Part shown: one piece after another, positions 13,355 through 25,876 of the stretch
Layout: each line of letters begins with the position of its first letter
How positions within the stretch are numbered: the stretch's first letter is position 1
Assembly: GCA_903813345.2 (NCBI GenBank)
Contig: CAIIXF020000001.1
Coordinates: forward strand, 42,284,001-42,348,000
Direction: 5' to 3'
Source of the DNA: Owenia fusiformis
Lineage: Eukaryota
DNA: 64,000 nucleotides
Made by a program: the position numbers and the translations under genes
The notes under the pieces: generated by a model
What the model was told of the DNA's origin: nothing
What the model saw: the letters and a program-made list of their open reading frames with translations, nothing else
Database searches by the model: none

Positions 13355-14118
13355 TATATACAATAATAAAAAATAATGGCATATGTTCAACCACAAGATA
13401 AAAATTACATTAAAAGTAAACCGCTTGATATTAAGAAAATCCTTGAAAAAAGATATATAAAATATTGGGAAAAAACTGTCAATGATAATAAAGGGAAATT
13501 AGAATTTTTGAATAATATCAAACAACGATGGGGAAAAGAACCATATTTGAATTTAATAAAGAACGCCGAACATAGGAAATCTATGACGCGATTAAGAATA
13601 AGTGCACACAATTTAGAAATAGAGCGAGGAAGGTATACAAGACCAATAGTTCCGAGAGATCAAAGAAAATGCAAATTATGTAAAATCACCACTGGTACGG
13701 AAACTCATTTTATTTTTGAGTGCCAAAAATTGGAAAAAATGAGATATGAATACTTTGATACATTTAACTCGTTTTGCCCAAATCTAACTGTATTGACTAC
13801 CGAAGAAAAGGCTAATTATATGTTTAATGCTGAGGGTAACATGTGTATCACCTTTGCAAAATACCTTTATGAAATAATTGAAAAGAGATCAACAACTATA
13901 TTATCAATATAAATATATACATGTAGGTGTAGGCTAATAGTAGTTGTTGGTATATATCTAATGATCAGTCAATCACATTATATTGTCATTATATGCCATG
14001 TAAAATTTGCATTGTATGTTATTGTAATTGTATGTATAGTTTTAGTTTTATTTTATCATGTTTATTTGCTGTACACTCACCCGAAAGGGATTTTTAGTAC
14101 AATAAAGCATTGAATAAT
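13355..14118 (+). mobile_element. 5'-truncated LINE (ORF2 C-terminal Cys/His domain, 3' UTR, tail)
   Basis: ORF 13376-13912 with RLRISAHNLEIERGRY...CKLC...THFIFEC; AATAAA at 14101 and (AAT)n tail; 13-bp TSD AATATAGCATTGT / AATATACCATTGT (13342-13354, 14119-14131). Confidence 0.85.
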
Positions 14119-15296
14119 AATATACCATTGTGATTGGCATAATACCTGCAATGCATACATAACCATGTTGGAAGAAAACAAACTAATTCAGTTTACTATT
14201 AGGATATAGTCCTGCGTAAAGATACTAGCGGTTAGTGATTTGGTTTTCTGGATAAAAAGTTAATTTCTCCTTCCCTACCCCAATTGGAGCGCGATTTGGC
14301 GTTTGGGAAGTGAATTGGGACTCAATATTTAAAAGGTAGGTCCTAATTCATCTGAAAACATGTCAACGTTCAGTAGGAAATCTCATTTTAAGCTGGCGGC
14401 GGAATGATTTTGACCTTTGCTATTTTACCAGAATTTTCTGAGAAATCTGACGATAGAGGGGGTTAGTATCTTCAAGTTTATTTATCTCAAATATTTGGTG
14501 GACAACCCATGGTGAGTTTGTTATAGCAGGCTAGGCAAGTCTCTCTTGAACACTGTGGTATGTTGCACTAGGATTGGATACTAACCGTTAATAGGATATA
14601 GGGTAAAATGTTATAATGGTCATTTAAACTCTTCTAAAGTCTCCAACCTAATGCATTATTGGCCCGCCACTATGACGTCACATAGGTCGATATAGTAGCA
14701 TAAATGCCTTCTACACTAGCACAAATACCACTAGAACATGCCCGGCAATGTGGTAATAATAGTAATTGATATATTCATCTTTTTGAATTAGATTTGAATT
14801 AAATCTTCAATAAATGAAAATCTGAACCATTTTACGAATCAGAAACTGCAATTGATTCAGTTATAACTATTTAAACCAATTTAAATTGTTAGAATATGAT
14901 ACTAAGCTTAAAAAGTAAACATTTGATTAGTTATACCAATCATTGTCATTTTAGAGCCGATTGTTATCTCATTTTAAAGTTTAAATTTTATAAATCTTCT
15001 TGCTTTCGACGTATTCATAATATTCTACACTTATTTAGGGCCTGTTGATAATGATACCGGTGTAAAAGAAATTATGGTCCCATGGTTCCTAGGGTAGGTG
15101 GTCCTAGTCGGACCATAATTTAAGCTTGTTGTTGGACCACAATCCCTAGGGAAAATAGTCCTAAAATATCATATAGAGGGTAGGACCATTTACTAGAGTA
15201 GGACCATAATTTCTTTCACACCAGTAAAAGAGTATGTGGTCCCTTTAAGCGGATAATTAAGTTTATAGATACATCGATTTGGTTGGTCATCATCGT

Positions 15297-15425
15297 TTGC
15301 AGTGTAGCTCAGTTGGTATAAGGCGTTGGACTTGCTGTATATTATTGTATGTACTTGTTACGATTGTATTTCCATTGTGTTTCTTTCATTCCGCCAGGTA
15401 CAAAGTTCGAGTCCTATTCCAGTAC
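15297..15425 (+). other. tRNA-like Pol III promoter sequence inside Ginger1
   Basis: A box TAGCTCAGTTGG (15305-15316) and B box AGTTCGAGTCC (15404-15414) with an over-long AT-rich spacer; acceptor stem does not pair well, so not called a functional tRNA. Confidence 0.55.
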
Positions 15426-15835
15426 ATCTTAAATAATTGCTCAATTTGCCTTTTCATTTCTTGCTTGATTTTTTTATTATTTTTTTTCATTTAAGTGTCA
15501 AAGTCAAAAGTTATATTCTGGTCGTGTGTTTGCACATTATTTGTTATGGATTAAGTAACCTGCTCAATGAATCTTTTTAGGAAATTACTGAGCTAGCTAG
15601 TTGTATGCTACATTTTGAATAGATTTCATGCTGTTCATTGCACAAACACCACACAGGTCATGGTCATCGCACAAAAACACCACACAGCTCATTGTTATCA
15701 CACAAAAAATTCACACAACTTGTGGCAATGGCACATGACCTCCACAGGTTAGGTTTCAAACTAACTAAAAAGTTACTGAGTGAAAAGCACGTGAAATTCA
15801 ATTATTCATACATTCTTACTGAGACATTCAATGAC

Positions 15836-18402
15836 ATGGAAGGTGCCAAAACTTCGAATGAACCACCAAAGAAAAAAGTTAAACAGAAAATTTCTTGGGA
15901 CCATGTTACAGCCGTAGAGAATTATATTGTTAGTAATATTTATCCTGCCAACTCAACGCCAAATAGCAAGAGGGCGATAAGGCGAACAGCAACTTCAAAC
16001 TTTAAGGTAAGTAACATCCGTTTCTGATATAAGAGTATACAGACCTTCTATCTCAGAATGAAATAGTTCTGTCGATGGTTTCGAGATGTTACTATTCTTT
16101 ATTGTTGAGCAAAATATGTATTTTTGAGAGATTATTTTCATTCTATATAGGGAAAATCTAAAATTCGAATATTTATATATCACGGCTGCAGATGTGTTTA
16201 TTTGTTTCATTATAAACTGTCATACTTATATGGTGCAATTTCCAATCCACTAAGATCTTCACTGTATCTCTGGTATACGAGCAATGATAATTATAAGAAA
16301 GAAATATGAAACATGATATTATTTTTAGATCTCACGTGGCGTCCTTTACCACAGGCAGTATTGCAGGTCAAGAGGGGATATTTCCACAGATTATGATGGT
16401 GAAGATGAAAAGGATGATGTGTGGACGAAAGTCATATAGGGACAAAAGAGAACAACTACGCGTTCTTCGTTCAATACACAGCTCTGGTACAGGTAATCAT
16501 TTCTATAGTTCTATCAAAACAGTTTTTTTTATATATCGTTCAATAAATTTTGAATATTTTCAAAATTGTAATGGTTTTCGTCGCTTTGTAACAAAGATGT
16601 ATAATGCTCTTATTTTCAGGAGGCCACCTAGGCCGAGACAAAACGCATGACAAAGTGTTGTTGCAATCGATGATAAAACAGCGTGCAGTTTAGCCAAAGC
16701 TCTGTGTGGCCTGTTTCTAATGTAAGAAAGAAAATTTATTCAAATGTTATCAGTATAAAACAATAATTATTATTATTTATTTATACTCCTGTTCAGGACT
16801 CCTAGACTTCCACCAACGCGATCATCAGTGTTGACCTAACGAACTACATTCCTTGCACTTGAACCACGGTTCTCACATCGCAAATATTTAATCTTTAGTC
16901 ATGCACCACCATTTCCTCGCTCCCGAACATATTTCTCCACTCCCGCATAGAGATCCGTGTTCGCGAACCACTATATACAAGAGAAATATGTTCAGGAGCG
17001 AGGAAATGGTGGAGCGCAACTAAAGATTTCACGTTTGAGATGGGAAAATTGTGGTTCGAGTGCAAGGAACGTAGTTCGCGAGGTCAGAACTGATGTTCGC
17101 GTTGGTTGAAGTCTAGGAGGACTTTTACTTCGTGTAAAATCATTTCCATTAATCATTTACAGCTTTGCTTTCCCAAGAACTATATTGACCGACCTTGGTA
17201 GGGAATTTAACAACTTACTGATCAGTGCAATAACAGAGGTCTTGGAGATAAATCACACAAACACAACTCCATACCACCCCCAATGCAATGGTCTCACTGG
17301 TATGTTTAAATAGGGACTTAATGTTTCGTCAACTTCTTTTCCATGTACTGCATGATTGTTAAACTGTGACAATGTACATATACACTGCGTTAGCTGTTTA
17401 TAACTACGTTTTGTATTCTCTCGTTAAGCGTTTTCTTGTAATGTGTTCATTACCTTTCGAAATACTAGTATCGAATTTTGGAAAGAAAGATCCTATGTAC
17501 TTATTGAAAATTATTTTTATTAGAGCGCTTCAACCAGACACTGAAGAAAATTATTCTCAAACTACAACTTGGAAAGGGTGGGTCTTCAGTGGAGAATTGG
17601 GACCTCGACATTGCTGCGGTTGTGTTTGCCTACAACACGTCCAAGCATGCTTCCACACACTATGCTCCATTCTATCTAATGTTCGGAAGGTACTTTTATC
17701 CAGTCTGTTGTTGCCTAACTAGCACTGTCAATACATTGAATACAATATTCAAGTGAGTTCATTTAATTGCTATTTTATCCTACAGGGAACCAGTGTTCCA
17801 AGGTGATGTCAGTGCACAGGGTAGTGATGATGAATCGGAAGGTATGGAACAACCGTTGCAAGCGCATAATGAGAAGGATGCCGAGGACCAGATAGTGCGG
17901 AATATTAACAAGATGAAGGATGTAGTAGCGCCGGAGGTTTTGGATAACATTGCAACTGCCCAAGGACGTCAAAAGCATCACTATGATAAGAAGTTAAATC
18001 CACAAAAGGTAATGATTTCAAAGCGTAAAATCAAGTTCCGAACATTGTAAAAACAAATATCGTTCGTGTATATAAAACTTATTGAAAGTCATAAAAGTAC
18101 ATTCAATGTGAAATAAAATTATGCGAAATCATCTCAGATAAATAAATGTTTTAGGCACTGGAAATTGGATGTAAGGTCTTGAAAAAGAACCTAAAACGTT
18201 CTGACAGAAAGGGCGAGAAAAACAGGATCCCGTGGATGGGCCCCTACACGGTGTAGAGCAAGTTTGAAAGACAACATACAAACTAAGAAACAAAGAGGGA
18301 CTAATTCTGAAGAAAATACTAGCAAATGCTTGCAATTTAAAAATTTCAAAAGCACATCCTATGACCAAAGTTCAGAAACCGATTTCATCAGTGATTCGTT
18401 AA
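15836..18402 (+). pseudogene. Ginger1 transposase (DDE integrase), 7 exons, degenerate
   Basis: Exons 15836-16006, 16329-16492, 16620-16721, 17163-17299, 17524-17689, 17786-18008, 18155-18402, all GT-AG and phase-compatible. They give IHSSGTGGHLGRDKT, ILTDLGREFNN, TTPYHPQCNGLTERFNQTLK (D-35-E), AYNTSKHASTHYAPFYLMFGREP, AQGRQKHHYD and WMGPYTV (GPY/F). Frameshifts or stops in exons 2 and 7; a deletion in exon 3 removes the zinc-finger CC and first Asp. Confidence 0.9.
16801..17117. mobile_element. Foldback MITE in Ginger1 intron 3
   Basis: ~135-bp imperfect arms CCTAGACTTC ... GAAGTCTAGG; flanked by AGGACT on both sides (alternatively 16799-17119 with a GA duplication). Confidence 0.85.
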
Positions 18403-19256
18403 TACACATGTATTGTATACGTATAACAGAATAAAATAGTTGACAAGATACACATCTTCAATCGTTTTCTATTCAATAGATATTAAATAATTTAGCCTGT
18501 TGAATTTAATTATTATCTAAAGTGAACATTATTCCCTTGAAATAAAGCCGTATAACCAATTTCTCCAGGAATTTAGGTCCAGGACCAATATTCCTAGAGA
18601 TAATGGTCCAGGACCAATAATCCTAGGGATTTTGGTCCGATTGGGACCACATACTCCAGCAGGTGGGACTGTAATCCCAGGAGATTTAGGTAGGATCAGA
18701 AATACTTTTACACCGGCATTATTGTAATATTGAAATCATATCAGTAATAAAGATCCCCAAGTGGAGGTCAATGTCCCCCCCCCCATTTGTGATGGCGTTA
18801 TACGAATAAGGTTGAAGACATCAGGATGAAACCTGTTTTCATGATTTATACACATGAATGATGTAATTTAATCGTAACAATGTACTAGCTTTTCATCTAA
18901 GAAAAATATTTAAATTTCGTAAAATAGACCCCTGCTGAAATCGTTCATAAATTAAGTTCTGTAACCTCGATGGTGCTCAAAAATGTATAAATGGTCAATG
19001 ATATCATCCTAACTAACATATGCAAATTAAAAACATTAGGCTGTAACAATAAGCTTTAAAAAAGTACACAGTGTTTGATGAGTTATACCCCCCCCCACTG
19101 TGAACTTGAATTCCATTTTGATCTAATTTTTCAGTTGTAATTTTACATTATGCTCTTGATATATAATAATTCATACTTTTTGCACTTATTTTTATCTATT
19201 CACAAGAAATCTTTTAAAACAATTATTTCTTTTAAAAAATGCTGCTTAAATCTCAA

Positions 19257-19423
19257 ATAAATGATAAAAGGTAATGTTGTGTGGTCCTCAACAAGCCATA
19301 CCATATTCATGGATATGAAATCTATCAACATAATCTATAAATAAATGATAAAAGGTAATGTTGTGTGGTCCTCAACAAGCCATACCATATTCATGGATAT
19401 GAAATCTATCAACATAATCTATA
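19257..19423 (+). repeat. 84-bp tandem duplication inside the Academ right TIR
   Basis: ATAAATGATAAAAGGTAATGTTGTGTGGTCCTCAACAAGCC...AATCTATAA occurs twice head to tail. Confidence 0.85.
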
Positions 19424-21282
19424 AAAATGATTGAAACTTGAACAGGAGGTAATTTTGAATTTTTTGTCAATTCCTTTATCACTACAAGGGAACCAGGCTG
19501 CGTCACCAAAGCTCCCCAAGACCTACAGTGGGAGCCACTGAAGGAGCGTCGAGAGGCTGCTAGAGTTTTACTTTTTACAAAAAAGCAGAACCTAGCAGCC
19601 ACCGACGTGTCCCCATACTTCCGCCAACAGATCAATACCAACACTAGGTTGTATCATCCTTCTAAGTACATACAACCATCAACTAGAACGGATGCATACA
19701 AATTTAGCTATTTCCCTAGGACAATAGCTAAATGGAACACTCTACCAGGTGACATCTTAGACTGTGACAGTCTAAGTAGTTTTAAATTATCATACTATGC
19801 CTATGTCAATAACTGCAATTAAATAGGTGTGTTTTTAATATAGATCGATGTTTTAATGTAAAAGGTCCCCAGTGCACAGCAACAAGCATGCACTACTGAT
19901 AAAGAGGGGAGATGTCAACGCGGTAGCCTGATAGTCTCCCCAGGGTGTTTCAACATAAAGGGACTTCCTAGGGGGTACATGGGCCAACCAAGAAGGTTCT
20001 TTTCAATTTTAAAATGAGTTGTAAACCTATGGTTTAAATTATATTCTATTCAAATTCTATCACTGTTAAATTATATATCTGCTTCATATGGGCTTATTAG
20101 CCTTTTGCAGATCATTGACATAGATATAGACAATTGCAATCAGTCAACATTACATAAAATACCGTGTTTTTGCAGAATGTTTTCAATGATTGATTTAAGA
20201 GAAAAACATTGTTGAATTCAGTTCTCCATATCGATACCAATCCTTTGGAAGATTTATTTTTTTAAGAGAAAATTTACAACTGAATTGCCAAATGAATAGG
20301 CGCAGTGCATGGCAAAATATGTTAGGCCTTCTAGTATTTTTTCTGAAGTGATACGCTTCTAAGATATGAGATCTATTAAAAAAGGCGCATCATCACCAAC
20401 GTGAAAAAGTCAATGTTTTTGCTATAAATCAGGCAACAATGATCTACACGACCTGTAATAAATAGGTATAAGAGACGTTATTATCACAACACTAATGACA
20501 TTGCTCACTTTTTAAAGTTGTTTCCATGCGTTATACAAAAATAATCGTAATAAATCAATATTGGTTGGAGGGGGGGGGGGGGGAGGATGGATGTTATTTT
20601 TCAATTTAAGACTATGGTGTTAATCTTATACAGTGTGTGGTGAATGGTATTAAAGTATTACTATGACAGATTGATAGTGTAATTGATGATACTTTAGATA
20701 GCATCACGTCATCAGGTAAAATATGATACCATTTACAGTTTTATATACTGTAATAAAGATATGATCTTACTCATATATAAATTATTTTTTTAAATTAAGA
20801 CGGTAGTGTTAATTAAGTGCAGTAAAATGTACAAGTATCAAAAATGACAGATGAAGTGTAATTAATTGGTTATATGGCCTTACTAGATCTTGTATAAATG
20901 ATTATATAAATGATAAAAATGATATATATTTTTTATGATATAAATGATTTAAGACAGTAGTGCAAACCTTATAAATTGGTATCTTTTACATTTTTCAACT
21001 TAAGACAATATTATAGCGTTTATTTGTGTGGTAAATAGAACTGGGTATTAAGAATAAAAAAAACTAAAGAAGGTAAGTGTAATTGATGATACAACGTGTG
21101 GCATGATATCAGGTTGGGAGAAGTTAAAAATGATATCTTTTTATAGTCTGAAATGTATGTTTTTTTCCCAGGGTGCCAATTATTATATTTTATATTAAAC
21201 AAATTTTCAGAACGAAATGATGGTACGTAAACAGACTTAAACTAATCAAATAATTCTAATTTTTGCAATATCAGAGATTATA

Positions 21283-21904
21283 CAGGGTGGGCCAAAAAAC
21301 GCCACTTTTTTTCAAAATGCTATAACTTTTTTAATTTTTGATACAAAATCATAATTTGCATACCAAATGAAACTCGAGGTTGTTATTTAGCCATGCATCA
21401 TGAATTGTACACTTTTACTTGAATAAAATATGTCACCAGCGTCTCACTTAAACATGTGGTGTGCCATGAGAAATAAGCATAATTTGCAAAACGTTCCTGA
21501 ACTGATACGGTCCGATGATCACCAAGTTAATAGCTCTGGTGCAAACCCCAGTGAGTATAGGGTACGGGAAGGTCTCCAGGAGATTGTATGCAGGCACCCA
21601 ATCTAGAAAATTGCTCAACTAAAGCTGGCAATTAAGACAGGTTGAAAAAAAACTTAGCTAACATTTCATTGATACTGCAATATCAGCAAGGCGACTAAAA
21701 CTAAAATATATCATCAATTAGGGTGGCGCACCAATTGAACTCCCCGTTTTAGATTAAATATAATCCAAGTTGAAGGACTTGTTACATTATATTATTACTA
21801 AGAACCCTTGGCACTATATAACTGCAAAATTTGGGGTATGTAGGTTTGAAAATTAAAAAGTTATAGCGTCTTGGAAAAAAGTGGCGTTTTTTTGGCCCAC
21901 CCTG
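21283..21904 (+). mobile_element. Tc1/mariner deletion derivative
   Basis: TIR CAGGGTGGGCCAAAAAACGCCACTTTTTT; TA TSD; internal remnant of the transposase C-terminus (NSSGANPSEYRV...LQEIVC...GGAPIE) at about 21525-21740. Confidence 0.85.
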
Positions 21905-22267
21905 TAGTAATATAAATCAGTCGTAGAAACATCAATAAGCTGGGTTTCATATGAAAAAAGTTATTTAGTATCAAACGTTCAAACTTGATTTCCCAAAACT
22001 CATGTTTTTGAAATAGAACACTTTGGCTTTTGAACAGCGATACGTCACTAGAACAAAAGAGAATATTTTAAGTGCAATAAACTATATTAAAAAAGCACCT
22101 TTTCTAATAAACAGCAAATGACTAGAACTAGAGAACTGAATAACACTATTTATACGATTGGTAAATTATCATACCCTGATATTCAAATTACTGATTGAGC
22201 ATATAACTTATTTACAATTGATATGCACTTATTTACAATGGTCTGCTGGCTAGCAGGCACATATATA

Positions 22268-23003
22268 CGAGGCGTGATCCAAAAATATTGGACGCGCCGC
22301 TCTAACTCTGCTATTTTCTAATATAATTACATGAAACTTTCAGATAATAAAGATCAACATCTTAACAACTTTGTGTATACGTTTCATTAGAAAATAATAT
22401 ATTCTAGCTACTTTTCTAAATATTTTTTTCTCACCAGTCATGATATGAGAGAATTTCCGATTTTCAGTTGAGTGTCATCTGCCATCATCATCTTCACATA
22501 TTAAGACCTACTTTTCAACATATTTTCCACGAATTTGAACACATTTTTCATACCGCTTTACCAATCTTTACCACCTTGGAGCAAAAATGATTCCAGAATG
22601 AGGGTTGATTGTCTGATGTCATTTTCTTTGAACTTGACATATGCGGCCATTGTCATATGTGAAATTATGATTAAAACACAATTAATTGGTAGGCCAGTAA
22701 AAAGGGAAGTAAACTAACGTGGTTTTACATTCAAAATTTAAGGAAAGATAGTGGTCAAGACTTGAAAAACAAGTCAAATACCGGCAACATTTAAAGCTGA
22801 AAGTTGCCATGTGCGAATACCGTTCCGGGTGGCAGGATGACTATATTAATAACTATCAAGAAAACTACATATATCATTTCACCATGAAATTAATTCACAA
22901 AGTTGTTAGCTTGTTGGTCTTTATTATCGGAAAGTTTAAAGTAATTTTATCAAAAACAAACAAAATTAGAGCAGGGCGACCAAGACTTTTGGATCACCCC
23001 TCG
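22268..23003. mobile_element. mariner-like MITE
   Basis: TA|CGAGGCGTGATCCAAAA ... TTTTGGATCACCCCTCG|TA with extended imperfect arms. Confidence 0.8.
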
Positions 23004-23094
23004 TACAATGGAATGTCTGATTACCAAAGTGGTTTTCTATGTGAATACTTAAAGAAAAATATTGCAATCAATAGATCAGAATCTTGCTGGGTAG

Positions 23095-23492
23095 TGTGAG
23101 TAATATAACATTGGTTAAAATACATTGATGAAATATCAAGGGCAGGTTTATTATTGAATAAGGTAATGTTGTTCAGATGTTATTCTCTGATTACTCAATT
23201 AGCATCTTATATTTCTATTGTATATCAATTTTTTGTAAAGATCACGAACTGTACCACATTGACTTATATTTTGAGTTTGGATGATGATGAACATAATATT
23301 TTGGACGAATTGTAGAGTTGGGTAGTTGTTACACATAGGGTGCTATGTTGCACTTATTAATGTTAATATTATTTTGCAGACCAGGAGGTCTGAGGCTAAG
23401 AGGGGGGTAATGTGAGTAATAAAACATTGGTTAAAATACATTGATGAAATATCAAGGGCAGGTTTAGTATTGAATAAGGTAATGTTGTTCAG
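23095..23492 (+). repeat. ~80-bp direct repeat (23095-23177 and 23411-23492)
   Basis: TGTGAGTAATAWAACATTGGTTAAAATACATTGATGAAATATCAAGGGCAGG...GTTGTTCAG present twice. Confidence 0.8.
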
Positions 23493-24336
23493 TCTCAAAT
23501 TGGCTCAGTATAGCGAATACGGTATGTTAGAATAAGTATACTTTAAGGAAAAGAGAGCTTGAGCGACTTTCAATTATCATTTGGCATAAGCGTGTCTGAT
23601 TTTTGCATACTCATGTCGCATTTTGGCATAATCGTTCATATCATCAGGAAAAGTAAGTTTACAGACATTATGTAAACAATACATCTCACAGAATCTCTTC
23701 CACATTGCATTCCAAAGGAAGTTGATTTATGCAATGTAATTCTTAGTAGTTTGTGTGTTATCTATTTTGGGAAACCTTCTACAGAAGTGGGAAAGTACCT
23801 CTTGTGGAATTCGGCTGAAAATGGTGAGGCAAAACGTCTTGACAAACAGAATCTATTACCTTGGAGACAAAACGCAGTTTTAAAGTCAATATCAGTGTAG
23901 TAGACTAAATGTCTGAGTATAAAATGTGTACAAATGAGACAAGAGCTAGATGGACTTCAGGTTTTAGGAAAGATAAGAGCAGATTAGTCACATGTGAGAG
24001 TGACCAAAACTTTTTAAAACTACTCAGAATCGCCCAGAATTGAAGTTTATTAGTATGAAACATATTCTGGACGTAGGCAAAAAGGGGAATTTTCATGAAC
24101 AAATTTAAAGTTTTTGCAGAATCAGCAGTTTTCGCTTTTTACCCCAAAAACCACTGATTTTGACGATATTTGGCTACAATGTCGTCCTTAATGACCTCAA
24201 GATGTCATATGTTGTCGTAAATGGGGAAGCAAATACGTTGCTGGTCATAATAAAGATTGAATTTTCTATCTTATGGTTTCTAGTAAAGAATGAAGGCACA
24301 TATCAGGGGTACAGTCAGAGATTTTTCAGTTAAGTG

Positions 24337-25208
24337 TGTTACGTTCGAAAATAACAGAAAGTAAAAACAGCAATTAAATTATGATAACAATATATTTATA
24401 TTTTGAAAACTAAATAATATAACAATGATATAAAGGAGGTTTAATACTTAAGTGATGTCCAATCAATGGTACGGCTTATTCTTGATGTCGATAAATATCC
24501 TTAACGATCCTTGAGAATGTTCCAGATCACGAAAGTTTCAATAATCGTTAATAGTTCTCCAATGTTTGTAATAATCCAATAATGTTCGTCGTAATCCTAT
24601 AATGTTCGTATCCAATAATGTTTAATGATAATCCACAAATGTTTGATGATAATCCACAAATGTTTATGATAATCCACGAATGTATATGATAATCCGTATA
24701 TAGTGTGTGTTGTAATATATGTCCATATAAAGTCCTCAGGTTGTGTGTTTGTAGTGTTATAAATGTTCCCACAGTAGGTGTCTGTAATATTCCGCTAAGA
24801 AGATGTCCTTTGATCAACTTTGAAATTCTGCTTTATTTAGTTCCTTTGAGATGTCCAGTTATGATGATTTAATTATCTGCTAATGAGAGTCACTGTGCTG
24901 TTCTTTTTATAATGTGAAAGAATGATCCAGAAACGAATCTTCTGGAACTACATCTTGATTGGACATCTTTAGTGACATGATTAAATTTTAATGAATGGTT
25001 ATAATTTCTAGAACTATCTGGATGGTCAAGGGTTAATGAGTCATTCAGTTCAGTTTTGTTTTAAAGATACAGTGTATAATGTCATTGTGACCTTGACCTA
25101 AGATCTCTAATGAAGAATAGCTCAACATATACAGCAAGCATACATTACAAATTAAACTATAGGTGAATATAGTAGAATATAATATACATGTAGCTCACTA
25201 CTGTAACA
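24337..25208 (-). repeat. 3' LTR
   Basis: Direct repeat of 28959-29830; TG...CA termini; internal ~20-bp ATAATCCACAAATGTTT tandem units. Confidence 0.97.
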
Positions 25209-25224
25209 CCTCCCTCCTTAAAAG
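25209..25224 (-). promoter_or_regulatory. Polypurine tract
   Basis: CTTTTAAGGAGGGAGG on the minus strand directly abutting the 3' LTR. Confidence 0.9.
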
Positions 25225-25876
25225 AAAAGTTTTGAATGCAATGAAAAACTTTTACAAGAATATCTTGAGTAGCGAGCGTTACAATTTCTAAAAGTGAGGT
25301 TGAGACTTACATGATATTAACTTTACAATAGTCCTTTTATATGCAGTATGTTTACAAGTAATATAATACTTTCTATCGTTACAGTGTGAGTACAATCTAA
25401 TAACATATAATGTTCTGTAATAATGTGTTACAATAGTATCATACTACAATAGTATCAAACTAAGTTATGCATCAAGTCATAAATACAATACATGCAATAG
25501 ATCATATAACATATACAATAGCATACATTTTTGAGTCTGACAAACACTAAACTAGTACAATGTTTTAAATTATCACATGATCTTATGTAAGTATTTCTAA
25601 TTGTACACTCTGATGTTATCAAGTAATCTTGTGACACTATTTAATGATCACCTATAATGCTCACATAATCTAGATGCAATCTTATAGTTCATATAATATC
25701 AATTTCACTGTTTAGGCAAATGTTTTTATATATTGTTAAAACTAAGTGACAGTTATCACAAATGTCTAATTTGCCTACCATATAATATAATCTTCATGAG
25801 TTTATCTTTATAAATTACAATATCTGAATCTTGAATAACATATAGTTGTCATTTACATACAAGTTTGGCCTATGAG

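Larger units (their letters stand above)
15061..18712 (+). mobile_element. Ginger1 DNA transposon (Gypsy-integrase-related), composite with a 160-bp mini-Ginger at its left end
   Basis: Termini TGTAAAAG ... CTTTTACA; 4-bp TSD CCGG (15057-15060, 18713-18716); GGACCA/TGGTCC subterminal repeats at both ends; spliced integrase inside; no LTR or RT. Confidence 0.92.
12599..19484. mobile_element. Academ-type (TAG...CTA) long-TIR non-autonomous DNA transposon carrying nested elements
   Basis: Ends TAGTTATAAAGGAATT / AATTCCTTTATCACTA (15/16 inverted match), continuing as diverged inverted similarity (12640-12710 vs 19380-19450); 3-bp TSD CAA (12596-12598, 19485-19487). Confidence 0.8.
11509..19950 (+). 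mobile_element. Decayed LINE (CR1/L2-group RT), in three pieces: 11509-11793, 12300-12598, 19485-19950
   Basis: SGVPEGTVLGP, LKLFADDSLL, WQMKFHPSKC; LGFLRRNL, WDPY, LEQVQRRAARFVTKC; then REPGCVT, DAYKFSYFPRTIAKWNTLP. Removing 12599-19487 restores the in-frame ...TKCHSREPGCVT. Confidence 0.88.

Noticed and set aside
15297..15425. Functional tRNA gene
   Set aside because: Acceptor and anticodon stems do not pair convincingly; kept only as a tRNA-like element.
19067..19102. RSS-heptamer CACAGTG/CACTGTG pair suggesting a Transib end or V(D)J signal
   Set aside because: No matching distant terminus, TSD or nonamer found.
24560..24700. Short periodic repeats resembling a CRISPR array
   Set aside because: No unique spacers, no cas genes, eukaryotic context; it is an LTR-internal minisatellite.
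24548..24817. 89-aa ORF duplicated at 29170-29439
   Set aside because: Lies within the LTRs over a minisatellite; the identity just reflects LTR identity.
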